DNA of 34,380 nucleotides from Bdellovibrionia bacterium (GCA_044347055.1 JBIIXZ010000003.1:1-34380); one strand, 5' to 3'. Shown: positions 9,776 through 18,770, counted from the first letter of the stretch. Notes: generated from the sequence alone by a model not told the origin. Translations and numbers: made by a program.

Positions 9776-10882
9776 GTGGCACACGCGCTGCTCTGCGGTC
9801 TTGTCGCGACTCGCGCAACGGGCTACCTTGAACCACTCATGCCGCCCTTCCAGAACCGCATCATTGACCTGACTCCATGGGTTCGCGCACCCGGCTCTGG
9901 CGTCGGTATCACGGCCTGGCACTCGTTCCAGGTCATCCACCGGATCGACCCTTCGGTCCAGGGCGCCTGCCGCGCGCGCGGCGGCCGCTTTCATTGGATC
10001 CACCCGCTCGAGCGCATGATGGGTCGAAAGAAAACGCTCTACCATTCGTTCGAGCACCGCATGCCGCCGCTGATCAAGGGCACCCGCCTCCTGTCCATCC
10101 ATGATCTGTGGACGCTCCGCGAAGGAAACGCATGGCAGTCTCCCGAGTTCCAGCAAAGGCAGGCCCCGTTGCTCGAGCAGGCCATTCGCCGGGCAGATTG
10201 GATCACGACGCCGTCACGCGCCGTGCTTCGCCAGCTTCACGAGCGCTTTCCGGAGACGAAGATTCGTTCGCAGTGCGTGCCGTGGGGCCCGACGATCTCT
10301 CAGGAGGCCGTCACCGCAGCCGACTCCATGGTTCGTCCGATCGAACGCCCGTATTTTTTGACCGTCGCGAATTTCGAGACGCGCAAAAACCTGCCGTTCA
10401 TCCTCGAGTCCCTCCGCGATCTCGCGGGCTTTGACTGGGTCTTTGCCGGACGGCCCGGTCACGGATCGGACGATGTCCTTCGACGGATTCGTGAATTCGC
10501 GAGCAAGTCCAAGATCGGCTTCCACCTCCTTCAGGAGCTCTCGGCGGCGGAGCTGATGAACCTCTACCGCCACTGCGAAGCGGTGGTCCTTCCATCGCTC
10601 GACGAAGGCTTCGGACTTCCCGCGCTCGAGGCGGCAACGCTCGGACGCCCGCTGTTGCTCTCGAATATCGAGCCGTTTCGAGAGATCGCCATCGATGCGG
10701 CCCTGTATTTCGACCCGGTTCACGGCACGGAGGCCCTTCGCGGCCACCTGCTCCAGCTTCTCGAAGATTCGGCCCACGGTCGCAGGCTCGCGACCCAGGC
10801 CTCGCTCCGCGCCCAACTCTTTACCTGGGAGAAAGCCGGATCGAGCTTTATCGAGATCTATCGACGCCTCGGGGGTCCGTGA
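9776..10882 (+). CDS. Glycosyltransferase family 4 (GT-B); start uncertain (9776 GTG or 9839 ATG)
   Basis: LSIHDL, RADWITTPS, YFLTVANFETRKN, VLPSLDEGFGLPALEA, SNIEPFREI, FTWEK. Confidence 0.9.
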   Translation: MAHALLCGLVATRATGYLEPLMPPFQNRIIDLTPWVRAPGSGVGITAWHSFQVIHRIDPSVQGACRARGGRFHWIHPLERMMGRKKTLYHSFEHRMPPLIKGTRLLSIHDLWTLREGNAWQSPEFQQRQAPLLEQAIRRADWITTPSRAVLRQLHERFPETKIRSQCVPWGPTISQEAVTAADSMVRPIERPYFLTVANFETRKNLPFILESLRDLAGFDWVFAGRPGHGSDDVLRRIREFASKSKIGFHLLQELSAAELMNLYRHCEAVVLPSLDEGFGLPALEAATLGRPLLLSNIEPFREIAIDAALYFDPVHGTEALRGHLLQLLEDSAHGRRLATQASLRAQLFTWEKAGSSFIEIYRRLGGP

Positions 10883-10934
10883 CTGGCGGGCGCCTTCTTG
10901 CGGGCACAATACGACTCGTGCAACTCTTGTCGAC

Positions 10935-11717
10935 ATGACGAAGCGCAACCGACCCCTCGCCCTGCTGTTCTGGTCCCTTGCCGCAGCCTCGGCCTTCGAA
11001 CCTGCCATCGCCGGCATCCCCACCAAAACGATCCAGGACACCGTGGTATTTCGGGTCTCCGATGACGGCAGCCCTTATCCTGCAGGAAAGCTCTCAGTGG
11101 GCAATCAGGTCGAGATCCTCGGGTTTCGGCCCGACTTTGACTGGGTGAGAATTGCCTTCGAGTCCGACGAAGGCTACGTCGCCAAGGAAGCACTGTCGGA
11201 TCTCGAATTTCCGACGACGGAATATTTTGATCCTGCAGCCGAAAAGCTGGGCCGCAAGAACAGCGCGAACTACAGGCTTGCCCTCATGAATGCCACCAAG
11301 CGCTCAGGAGCGCGGCCGGCCTTTTCATTGATGCTTTCGTTCCAGAAGGACAACGCCACGGGTATTGGCGGATCGGCAATGTATCGCGCGTTCTCGAGGG
11401 CCCCGACCGGATTCGACCTGGGCATCGAGGGGCTGCTCTACATGTCGACGCCCGGAACGCCATTTTCGCTTTCGGCCTTCTATCGGTACTGGATCGGCAG
11501 GCAGGTCAAGTTCGGGATGGAGGCGCTCGCGACGGCCACCTTTGTCAGGGTCCAGACCGAAGGCGGAACGGGCACGGCCACCAGCAGCGCGCTGGGCATT
11601 GGGGCGCTTGCAGGAATTCCAGTGAAGGACAAATTCGTCCTCACTCCCGGAATACGCTTCAGCTTCGTCGCTGGCACGACCCCGTCGTACATCCTCGCTG
11701 GAAGCTGGTCGCTCTAG
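10935..11717 (+). CDS. Exported protein with an SH3b-like domain and a C-terminal beta-barrel-like region
   Basis: Signal-like N-terminus; GKLSVGNQVEILG...DWVRIAFESDEGYVAKEAL resembles bacterial SH3; Gly/aromatic beta-strands ending YILAGSWSL. Confidence 0.65.
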   Translation: MTKRNRPLALLFWSLAAASAFEPAIAGIPTKTIQDTVVFRVSDDGSPYPAGKLSVGNQVEILGFRPDFDWVRIAFESDEGYVAKEALSDLEFPTTEYFDPAAEKLGRKNSANYRLALMNATKRSGARPAFSLMLSFQKDNATGIGGSAMYRAFSRAPTGFDLGIEGLLYMSTPGTPFSLSAFYRYWIGRQVKFGMEALATATFVRVQTEGGTGTATSSALGIGALAGIPVKDKFVLTPGIRFSFVAGTTPSYILAGSWSL

Positions 11718-11720
11718 GCT

Positions 11721-13127
11721 TCACTCCTCGGAGTCGTCGCTTCGACGAAGCCCCAGCTCCTTCATTTTGAGCTGCAGTCCCTTGCGCGAGAGTCCGAGCG
11801 ACTCGGCAGTGCGAGTCACGTTTCCGGAATTTCGGCTCAGCTCCTCTTCGATCAGCCTGCGCTCGAGCTCCTGCGTCTGAAGCCGCACCTTCTCCTTGAA
11901 GCTCAGCTCTGGCACGTCGGCAGCGGGCAGGCCCGTCGCCTTGCCGATTTCCTCGGGAAGGTCCGCGACCGTGAGCGACGCGCCTTCGCACATCACCACC
12001 ATGCGCTCGATGACGTTCTCGAGCTGGCGAATATTGCCAGGCCAGCTGTAGCGCCGCAGCACCATCAGCAGCTCGGCGTCGATCGCAGTGACGATTCGGT
12101 TCACCCGGATGCAGGCCTGCTTGAGGAAATATCGCGCCAGCGGCTCCAAATCATCGATTCGATCACGAAGCGCGGGAAGATGGATCGGAACGACGTTCAA
12201 TCGATAAAAAAGATCCTCCCGGAATTTTCCAGCCCGGATTTCCTCCTCGAGGTTCCGATGCGTTGCAGCCACGACGCGGAAATCGGCATGGAACGATCGA
12301 ACGCCGCCGAGTCGCTCGAAGGTCTTCTCCTGGAGAACGCGAAGCAGCTTGGCCTGCATGTCGACGGGAATCTCGGCGATTTCGTCGAGAAACAGCGTTC
12401 CCTGATGGGCAAGCTCAAACCGACCGGGCTTGGAAGTCACCGCGCCGGTGAAAGCTCCGCGCTCATGTCCGAAAAGCTCGCTTTCCATCAGGTGGATCGG
12501 AATCGCGGCACAGTTGAGCTTGATGAAGGGCCCCGAGCTTCGGTCGGATTGCAGGTGGATCCTGCGGGCCACGAGCTCCTTTCCGGTGCCGCTTTCTCCG
12601 GTCAGCAGCACGGTGGAGTCTCCCGCAGCCACCTTGCTGACGAGACGAAGCACCTCCTGCATCGCTTCGCTCGAACCAACGAGAGCACCGAGTGATTCCG
12701 TGCCCGCGGACGAGGCGGCGCCCGCCCGGCGCTCGGAAATTCGGGGCTCGCGAGACTGCTCGCGTGAAGAGGCCACGGCTTTGCGAATCGACGCCAGCAG
12801 CTCCTCCTGGTCGAAGGGCTTGGTGACGAAATCGGCAGCCCCCCGCCGAAGCGCTGCCACCGCCGAATCCACGGTTCCATACGCGGTCAGCAGGATCACC
12901 GGAACTTCCGGGCGAAACTTTCGACAGAAGTCGAGGATCGCCAGGCCATCCATGCCCGGCATCGCGAGGTCGGTGACCACGGCATCGAGAGCATCGCTCT
13001 CGAGCGACTCGAGCGCCTTTTCCGGATCATTGAAAGCCAGCACCTCGAAACCCGCGCGAGAGAGGATTTCCTTCAGCACCAGGGTCAGGTTCTTTTCATC
13101 GTCAACGACCAGCACACGTCCGTTCAT
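11721..13127 (-). CDS. Sigma-54-dependent response regulator (NtrC/AtoC family: REC-AAA+-HTH)
   Basis: VLVVDDE, TDLAMPGMDG, GESGTGKE, ESELFGHERGAFTGA, LFLDEI, FREDLFYRLNV, WPGNIRQLEN, Fis-type HTH. Confidence 0.96.
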   Translation of the reverse strand: MNGRVLVVDDEKNLTLVLKEILSRAGFEVLAFNDPEKALESLESDALDAVVTDLAMPGMDGLAILDFCRKFRPEVPVILLTAYGTVDSAVAALRRGAADFVTKPFDQEELLASIRKAVASSREQSREPRISERRAGAASSAGTESLGALVGSSEAMQEVLRLVSKVAAGDSTVLLTGESGTGKELVARRIHLQSDRSSGPFIKLNCAAIPIHLMESELFGHERGAFTGAVTSKPGRFELAHQGTLFLDEIAEIPVDMQAKLLRVLQEKTFERLGGVRSFHADFRVVAATHRNLEEEIRAGKFREDLFYRLNVVPIHLPALRDRIDDLEPLARYFLKQACIRVNRIVTAIDAELLMVLRRYSWPGNIRQLENVIERMVVMCEGASLTVADLPEEIGKATGLPAADVPELSFKEKVRLQTQELERRLIEEELSRNSGNVTRTAESLGLSRKGLQLKMKELGLRRSDDSEE

Positions 13128-15130
13128 TCAGAACCTCCGAGCGGAAGACGAATCCGAAAGCATGCGCCGCGACCGCGAACTTCAACGGCCTCGATCCTTC
13201 CACCATGGCTCTCCACGATGCGCTGGCTGATCGAAAGCCCCAGGCCGGTTCCGGCTGGATTCGTCGTAAAGAAGGGAACAAAAAGCTTTGAAAAATCGGC
13301 AGGCGCAATGCCCCTGCCATTGTCGCGGATCTCGAGAATCACTGCCTGCGAATCCGCCGATGTTCCTGAGGAAATCTCGATCTCGGTGGCGCCCGCCTGG
13401 ATGCTGTTATGGACCAGGTTTTCGAGGACTCGGTAAATCGCTTCCGGATCCATCTCCGCCGCCAGCGGTGTTCCTGAATCCGACCATTCACGGACCATCA
13501 CAGGCGTGCCGGGATGCGAGAGTGAACAACCGGAGCGCAGTCGCTCGATCGAGCGTTTCATCCACGGGCCGATCTCGACGCATCCTGACTCCACCGGAGA
13601 CTTCCTGGAGTAGACCAGAAACTGGCTCACGACATGATTGAGGCGCCCCACCTCTTCGCGAATGATGCGGGTCCACGGACCGAGCTCGGAAGTTTCCGGA
13701 AGCAGCTGGGCCGCGCCCTGGATCGCCCCGAGCGGGTTTCGAATCTCGTGCGCCAGTCCTGCCGCCATCTCGCCGAGCGTCGCCAGTCGCTCGCGCTCGG
13801 CTTCATCATGGATTCGAAGCAGGAGCGCCAGATTTCTTCCCGCTTCTCCCAGGTACTCCTCCACTTCGCGAAGCTGCCGCCAGGTGCGAAGTCCCTTCGG
13901 CGCAGCTCCTGGTCCTTCCATTTCGAGCCGGACCAGCACCCAGCCCAGAATCCGGCGATCGAAGACCGGAAGGACTGCATTGAAATCGCCCCTGCGGAGC
14001 TCGGCTCGCACTGCCTCGAGGCGTGCATTGAGCTTTTGATCCGATGATCGACTGATTTCTGCCTGCAGAAGTGAATCCACCAGGATCGTCAGGCGCCCTT
14101 GCTCGCGCCGTGACTGGATCTCGTCCAGGAGCAGCGAGGAACGCTCGGCAATGTCGCGATGGATGAGCACGAGCTTCATTGCCGAGCAGGACAACGCCCC
14201 TTCCAGTCCCGCAGCCAAGGCGTTCTGCCATTCCGAAATGCCTGATGCGGTCCGGACCTCGAGCATCGCGCGCTCCAGGCGAGTCCTCCATTCCGCATCG
14301 CGAGAGGCCAGCACTCGGTCCGTCAGCGCAGAAATCCAGCGCTGAAGCGGATTGATGAGGTTCACGATGAGAAAGGACGCGGCGAAGGAGTTCAGGAAGA
14401 AAAGAACGGGATTGTGCTCGATCCAGGACACGAGCGTCAGATAGAGGCCCGTGAGCAGCAACGCGAGAACGAGGAGCACCGCAAATCGCGTCACGAGAAG
14501 AGGAACATCGACGAGCTTCTGCTGACGAATCGCCTGCCCCAAGAGGATCAGGTAGATGCACAAAAGAAGATTGCCGAGCGACGGGACGACATGGCCCAGC
14601 CACGGCACATGATCGAGGGTCGAGAGCGAAAGCACCGCGAGGGCGCCACCGAACACCACTCCCTCGCGAAGCGGCAATGGCCGGCGGGTGGCCAGGATCA
14701 CCAGAAGCTGCAGCACCACCGGCGCAGGAGAAAAGAACATCAGGTCGCGCAGGAACGATGGAGCGATGCCTCCTTGGGGCCAGAACCCGAGCCAGGCAAC
14801 CGACAGCCCCACGGACGACAGCCAGCTGAGGGTCCATACGGCCTGCGACAATCGCCCGGTCCAGCCCGAGGGCGCCCGTCCGATCCACACTCGGATGAAG
14901 TACAGGCAGGCCGGGCCCAGCCAAATTCCTGACAGCAGATGGAAGTAGTAAAACCAGCCCCCTCCAAAGACCTTTTCGAGGAAAAACAGCAACGACCAGG
15001 CAAAGACCACCGAGCAGGCGGCGGAAAAGCTCAGCATCAGCTTGTTCTGAAGCTGCCGAGGAAGGACGGAGAGTCCCATTCCGAGGCTCGTCAGGGCCAC
15101 GAGGAGGGCCGTCTGGGCAAGCAGGTTCAT
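13124..15130 (-). CDS. Multi-TM sensor histidine kinase, partner of 11721-13127
   Basis: Long hydrophobic N-terminal region; H-box AHEIRNPL; intact N-box ENLVHNSIQA, G1 DNGRGI, F-box FVPFFTT, G2 GTGLGL; ATGA overlap with the regulator; start re-called at ATG 15130. Confidence 0.93.
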   Translation of the reverse strand: MNLLAQTALLVALTSLGMGLSVLPRQLQNKLMLSFSAACSVVFAWSLLFFLEKVFGGGWFYYFHLLSGIWLGPACLYFIRVWIGRAPSGWTGRLSQAVWTLSWLSSVGLSVAWLGFWPQGGIAPSFLRDLMFFSPAPVVLQLLVILATRRPLPLREGVVFGGALAVLSLSTLDHVPWLGHVVPSLGNLLLCIYLILLGQAIRQQKLVDVPLLVTRFAVLLVLALLLTGLYLTLVSWIEHNPVLFFLNSFAASFLIVNLINPLQRWISALTDRVLASRDAEWRTRLERAMLEVRTASGISEWQNALAAGLEGALSCSAMKLVLIHRDIAERSSLLLDEIQSRREQGRLTILVDSLLQAEISRSSDQKLNARLEAVRAELRRGDFNAVLPVFDRRILGWVLVRLEMEGPGAAPKGLRTWRQLREVEEYLGEAGRNLALLLRIHDEAERERLATLGEMAAGLAHEIRNPLGAIQGAAQLLPETSELGPWTRIIREEVGRLNHVVSQFLVYSRKSPVESGCVEIGPWMKRSIERLRSGCSLSHPGTPVMVREWSDSGTPLAAEMDPEAIYRVLENLVHNSIQAGATEIEISSGTSADSQAVILEIRDNGRGIAPADFSKLFVPFFTTNPAGTGLGLSISQRIVESHGGRIEAVEVRGRGACFRIRLPLGGSE

Positions 15131-15195
15131 GCCCCACCCTTGTACCAGACAATGCGGCTCAAGGTGAGCCGGGATGAGGTCGATAGGGACACTGT

Positions 15196-15669
15196 ATGGC
15201 AAACCGCCTCAACCCTATTGAACTGGTCATCTTTGCAGTGGTCGCCACCGGATTCGGACTTTCGGCCTATCGCCTCCTTCAGGAGCAGCCCGGAACGGGC
15301 TCCGCCATGCTGGCGCCGATGGCGTCGAACCCGGTCTCGGAGCAATCGGATCGTAGCCCAGCATCCATTTCGCCGCTCTTTGGACATGTCGACTTCGGCT
15401 GCAAGGCCGGACAGGAGACCACCGTCAAGGCCTCCAAGATCCGGATCTCGGGTCCGATCTGCGGCATCGAGCCCGGTGCCGCGATTGTCTCATCGAACAT
15501 CACCAACTCGGCCAACCAGTTTCATGCGACCGTGTTCACGGACATGAGCACCGGGAAGTTCTCGACCGATTACATCCCCTTGAATTCAGACAAGAACTCG
15601 ATTCGCGTCGAATTCAAGTTCGCCAACGGCAAGATCGTCTCGCACGACCTGACGCTCCAGAAGCAGTGA
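15196..15669 (+). CDS. Hypothetical protein, single N-terminal TM plus Ig-like beta domain
   Basis: One hydrophobic segment, linker with DRSPAS, two Cys, beta-rich C-terminus; divergent from the kinase. Confidence 0.8.
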   Translation: MANRLNPIELVIFAVVATGFGLSAYRLLQEQPGTGSAMLAPMASNPVSEQSDRSPASISPLFGHVDFGCKAGQETTVKASKIRISGPICGIEPGAAIVSSNITNSANQFHATVFTDMSTGKFSTDYIPLNSDKNSIRVEFKFANGKIVSHDLTLQKQ

Positions 15670-15723
15670 TCGCGGGCCACCGCTTCCGCCGCTTCGGTGC
15701 GGAACTTGATGATTCGAGCAGCC

Positions 15724-16440
15724 ATGACTGCTCCGATTCACTCGCTGGATCCCTGGAACACCCTGCTCGGTAAATCTGCGACGCGCACGCTTTTTTCCGA
15801 CCTCGCCCGCGGGCTGAGCACTCCCTCGCAGGTTCATGCCCTGTTTTCGAGCTACGAGCTCAATCCTGAACTCTTCGAAAGGCGGCTCAAGGCCATGAGA
15901 CCCGGGCTTCGCCGCCGGCTCGGATCAGCCCTGGCCATCGCACGCGAGTACGCCCTGTTTCGCGAACGGGCATTCCAGGACGGTCGCGAAGACCTGGGCT
16001 CGGACTTCGACGTCGAGGACGAGGAGCGGCAGCTGATCCGGCGGATTCCGGCTGAAGCCCGGCTCGAAGCGCGCGAATGGATCGGGTTCTGGGCCCAGTA
16101 TCGCCAGGGGCACTGGAGCGAGCTCGAGTGGGTGGAGCGCGGCGTTCGAACCCACGTGAACTTCGATTCGAGCGAGTTCTTTGCCCGCCTGCTGGCGACC
16201 CGGCCGCGTGCCTTCGTGCTCGTCCACAACCATCCCTCTGGGATGACCGCGCCTTCGTGGGTCGATTATCAGCTCACCGAGCGGATTGCTGCCATGGCGC
16301 GGCAGTTTGGCATTGAACTCAAGGGACATTGGATTGTAGGCCCTCACTCCGAGGACTGGATTCCGGCGGATTTTTCCCGCCGCGAGCTCCAGGAAAAAAC
16401 CCGTGACTCCTTCCTGTCCGCAGTGCCAAAAGCCGACTGA
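15724..16440 (+). CDS. radC: RadC-like JAB/MPN domain protein; start uncertain (15697-15724)
   Basis: VLVHNHPSGMTAPSWVDYQLT fits H-x-H-x7-S-x2-D; downstream HWIV; divergent N-terminal half. Confidence 0.75.
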   Translation: MTAPIHSLDPWNTLLGKSATRTLFSDLARGLSTPSQVHALFSSYELNPELFERRLKAMRPGLRRRLGSALAIAREYALFRERAFQDGREDLGSDFDVEDEERQLIRRIPAEARLEAREWIGFWAQYRQGHWSELEWVERGVRTHVNFDSSEFFARLLATRPRAFVLVHNHPSGMTAPSWVDYQLTERIAAMARQFGIELKGHWIVGPHSEDWIPADFSRRELQEKTRDSFLSAVPKAD

Positions 16441-17071
16441 TCTTTGTGTGTGTTCGTCGGTGAAGAAATTCGCTAGCCCCCTGAAAGTGCTGGTGCTCCA
16501 GCACCCTCAGGAGCCCGACCATGAAATCGGCTCCGCCTGGCTCGCCACCCAGTGCCTGGAAAACGGACGACTGAAGGTTGGACTCAGCTGGCCGAACCTC
16601 GCCAAGGCGTGGGGCGAACCGGTGGACGCCACGCGCTGGGGAGTGCTCTACCTCGGCAGCGGTCCCAAGGGGGCGGCCCCGACGGGTGAATCTCTGTTCT
16701 GCGTGGATAAAAAGGGAACGCCGCTCGAGGCGGCTGCAAACTCCGCAAAACTTGCGAAGCTCGAAGGCGTCATCGTCCTCGATGGAACCTGGAGCCAGGC
16801 CAAGACCCTCTGGTGGAGGAACGCCTGGCTGCTGAAGCTGCAGCGCCTGATGCTCTCGCCGAAGCAGCCGTCGCTCTATCGCGATCTCCGACGCGAGCCT
16901 CGTCGCGAATGCCTCTCGACGCTCGAAGCGATTGCCGAAATTCTCGAAGCCCAGCGCCAGACTCCCGAAGGTGTGGCGCACCTGCGCGCGTCGTTCTCGG
17001 ATCTGCTCTCGCGTTATCGCAGGCGTCGGCAGCAGGCTCGGGCTGCGGCGAAGGCGACGCCTGCAACGTAA
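16403..17071 (+). CDS. tapT: DTW-domain tRNA-uridine aminocarboxypropyltransferase (TapT/YfiP family)
   Basis: N-terminal CPQC...CVC, LQHPQE, IVLDGTWSQAK, LRREP, LSTLEA; overlaps the radC-like gene by 38 nt. Confidence 0.85.
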   Translation: MTPSCPQCQKPTDLCVCSSVKKFASPLKVLVLQHPQEPDHEIGSAWLATQCLENGRLKVGLSWPNLAKAWGEPVDATRWGVLYLGSGPKGAAPTGESLFCVDKKGTPLEAAANSAKLAKLEGVIVLDGTWSQAKTLWWRNAWLLKLQRLMLSPKQPSLYRDLRREPRRECLSTLEAIAEILEAQRQTPEGVAHLRASFSDLLSRYRRRRQQARAAAKATPAT

Positions 17072-17078
17072 TTCTCAG

Positions 17079-17320
17079 CTGCGCGGAATACTGAAAGTGT
17101 CCGCTCGACGCACATCCTGTGCTCTCGCTTTCGGCATCCTGCCTCGCGAGACTCGGGACACTTCCAGTGTTCCGCACAGACACGATCGCGCGCTTGGTCG
17201 CACGGGATGATCCGGAAGAGGTGCGTCCACGAGTTCCCTGCGAAGCAGGGTTGTCCGAAGTGGACGTCCTCTTTCGGTCAGTCCGTGCGAGAGCACACGA
17301 CGTGCGTCGAGCGGACGCTT
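17079..17320. repeat. Intergenic nested inverted-repeat element (REP/MITE-like or structured RNA)
   Basis: IR-A 17079-17102 / 17156-17179; IR-B 17095-17128 / 17287-17320 (31/34); IR-C about 17198-17230 / 17260-17290 enclosing ccctgc-gaa-gcaggg (17236-17250). Confidence 0.75.
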
Positions 17321-17369
17321 CGAGGAATTCGAGCTGGTATCTCGTGATAGTTGATCTGAGCCGAGCGCC

Positions 17370-17633
17370 TCAGCGCTTGCGGTTCATGTTCTGGAGCATT
17401 TCCATCGCCTGGCGGAGCTGGGCGTCCTTGCCGCCGCCGGCACCGGGACGACCGCCGCGCATTCCCGCCATCTGGGCCTGCATCCGGGCCATGGCTTCCT
17501 GCATGTTCTTTGCGCCAGGAAATGCCACCTGCATCATCTGCTCGGCAGCCTGCTTGAGCTTCAGGAACACGAACACGTTGACCGCGGTCAAGATGGCTAC
17601 ACCTACCCAGCTGAGAATCGTCCAGATCGACAT
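17370..17633 (-). CDS. Small membrane-anchored Met/Gln-rich protein (87 aa)
   Basis: C-terminal part of ORF 17370..18452 from ATG 17633: MSIWTILSWVGVAILTAVNVFVFLKLK TM segment, then Met-rich helices; typical GC3-rich codons. Confidence 0.8.
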   Translation of the reverse strand: MSIWTILSWVGVAILTAVNVFVFLKLKQAAEQMMQVAFPGAKNMQEAMARMQAQMAGMRGGRPGAGGGKDAQLRQAMEMLQNMNRKR

Positions 17634-17861
17634 GGACCGATGATTGTCACACTCGCTCCAGGGTTTCAAGGCACCCCTGGCCGACGCAATCTGCACGATC
17701 CGGGTTGCAGGATCAGCGATCCGCCCCCGAAATCCTGGCCACGTCCCTTCCCAGACCTTCCATGAGGGCTCCGCCGCGCTTTTTTGCGCGAGCACAGCGG
17801 TTGCTATGCCGTCCGCGACAGTGCCGCTCGCTGTCCTATTCCAATCAGAGAAGGAGAATCC

Positions 17862-18770
17862 ATGTCCCGTTTCAAAACTTGTCAAAACCAAGCACTGCTT
17901 CTGCCTGCCTCGGCGGGCGTCCTCCTGGCCATTGTCAGCGCCTGCTCGCCGGCGTCTGCTCCGGTGGCCGGCGAAGCCCAGCCCAGCGTTCCGCGAGAAT
18001 TCAGCTTTCGTGTGGCCGGAGCCGCCCCGACCACCGACGGCACTTCGGTGAGCTTTGCAGAACATGGAGTCCATTTTCAGCTTGCTGGAAATCTGGAGAT
18101 CGGGCCCGCCCCCAACGGACAGATCCACAAGCGTAAACTTGCTGGCGACGAGCGGGAACTTCTCCAGAACTCCTGGAAGGACTGGCTCAAGTCGGGTTTC
18201 ACCGCCGCCGAAAAGTGCGTGACGGTGGATCCTTCTTCCGAACTCGCCAGCGTGAATGCCCGAATCTCGATCCTGCAGAACGATCGTGAAGCCGCTCTGA
18301 TCCGAGTGGATGGCGGCCAGATCTGCGGTCCTGCCGAACCGCCGGCGCTGGAGCAGTTCACGAAGACCCTGGTCTTCCTGAGCCGCGCCCATTACCCCCG
18401 TCGCTTTCCAAGCGAATGCCTCGCTTCCACGGATGCGCTGGAAGCAGCTCACGAATCGCTGCTCTCCTGCCAGTCAAACGAGGACTGCTCGCATGTGGAT
18501 TCGCAGTATTCGGCAATCGCACCGGGCGAAGTCCAGTTCGTTTCGCTGAAGAGCTGCTCGCTTCTTCCGCGCGTGACTGCGGCAAATCCTTCGCTGCTGA
18601 ACTCCAGCCGCAAGGCACTCCTGAAGGCTCGTGAAACCGCGAAGCAGGCTTGCGCGGAGGAGATCCGCGAGCTCACGTGCACGGCCGAGGCGGATTTGGG
18701 ATTCCAGAACCACCGCCATCCTGCTCGATGCGTCGCCAACCAGTGCGTTCCGGGAAGGACCCTGCGTTAA
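17862..18770 (+). CDS. Lipoprotein with a Cys-rich C-terminal domain
   Basis: SD AAGGAG at 17851; lipobox VSAC; C-terminal C...CQSNEDC...C...C...C...CVANQC. Confidence 0.8.
   Translation: MSRFKTCQNQALLLPASAGVLLAIVSACSPASAPVAGEAQPSVPREFSFRVAGAAPTTDGTSVSFAEHGVHFQLAGNLEIGPAPNGQIHKRKLAGDERELLQNSWKDWLKSGFTAAEKCVTVDPSSELASVNARISILQNDREAALIRVDGGQICGPAEPPALEQFTKTLVFLSRAHYPRRFPSECLASTDALEAAHESLLSCQSNEDCSHVDSQYSAIAPGEVQFVSLKSCSLLPRVTAANPSLLNSSRKALLKARETAKQACAEEIRELTCTAEADLGFQNHRHPARCVANQCVPGRTLR

Noticed and set aside
11721-15130. Multi-TM kinase and sigma-54 regulator as a PEP-CTERM PrsK/PrsR system
   Set aside because: Architecture is only broadly similar; no exosortase, PrsT or PEP-CTERM gene is visible, so no specific name is supportable.
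13806-15152. 448-aa alternative-frame ORF within the kinase gene
   Set aside because: Same-strand off-frame, Arg/Pro/Ala-rich, no motifs; the kinase frame explains the region.
17075-17643. ORFs 17075..17296 (-) and 17119..17643 (+) across the palindromic element; also considered as tRNA or CRISPR
   Set aside because: The shared peptide (ARAxDVRRAD) merely reflects the inverted repeat; no cloverleaf with T-loop and no repeat-spacer periodicity.
17634-18452. Long N-terminal extension of the Met-rich small protein
   Set aside because: Antisense to the 17862 lipoprotein; protein-like sequence starts at ATG 17633.
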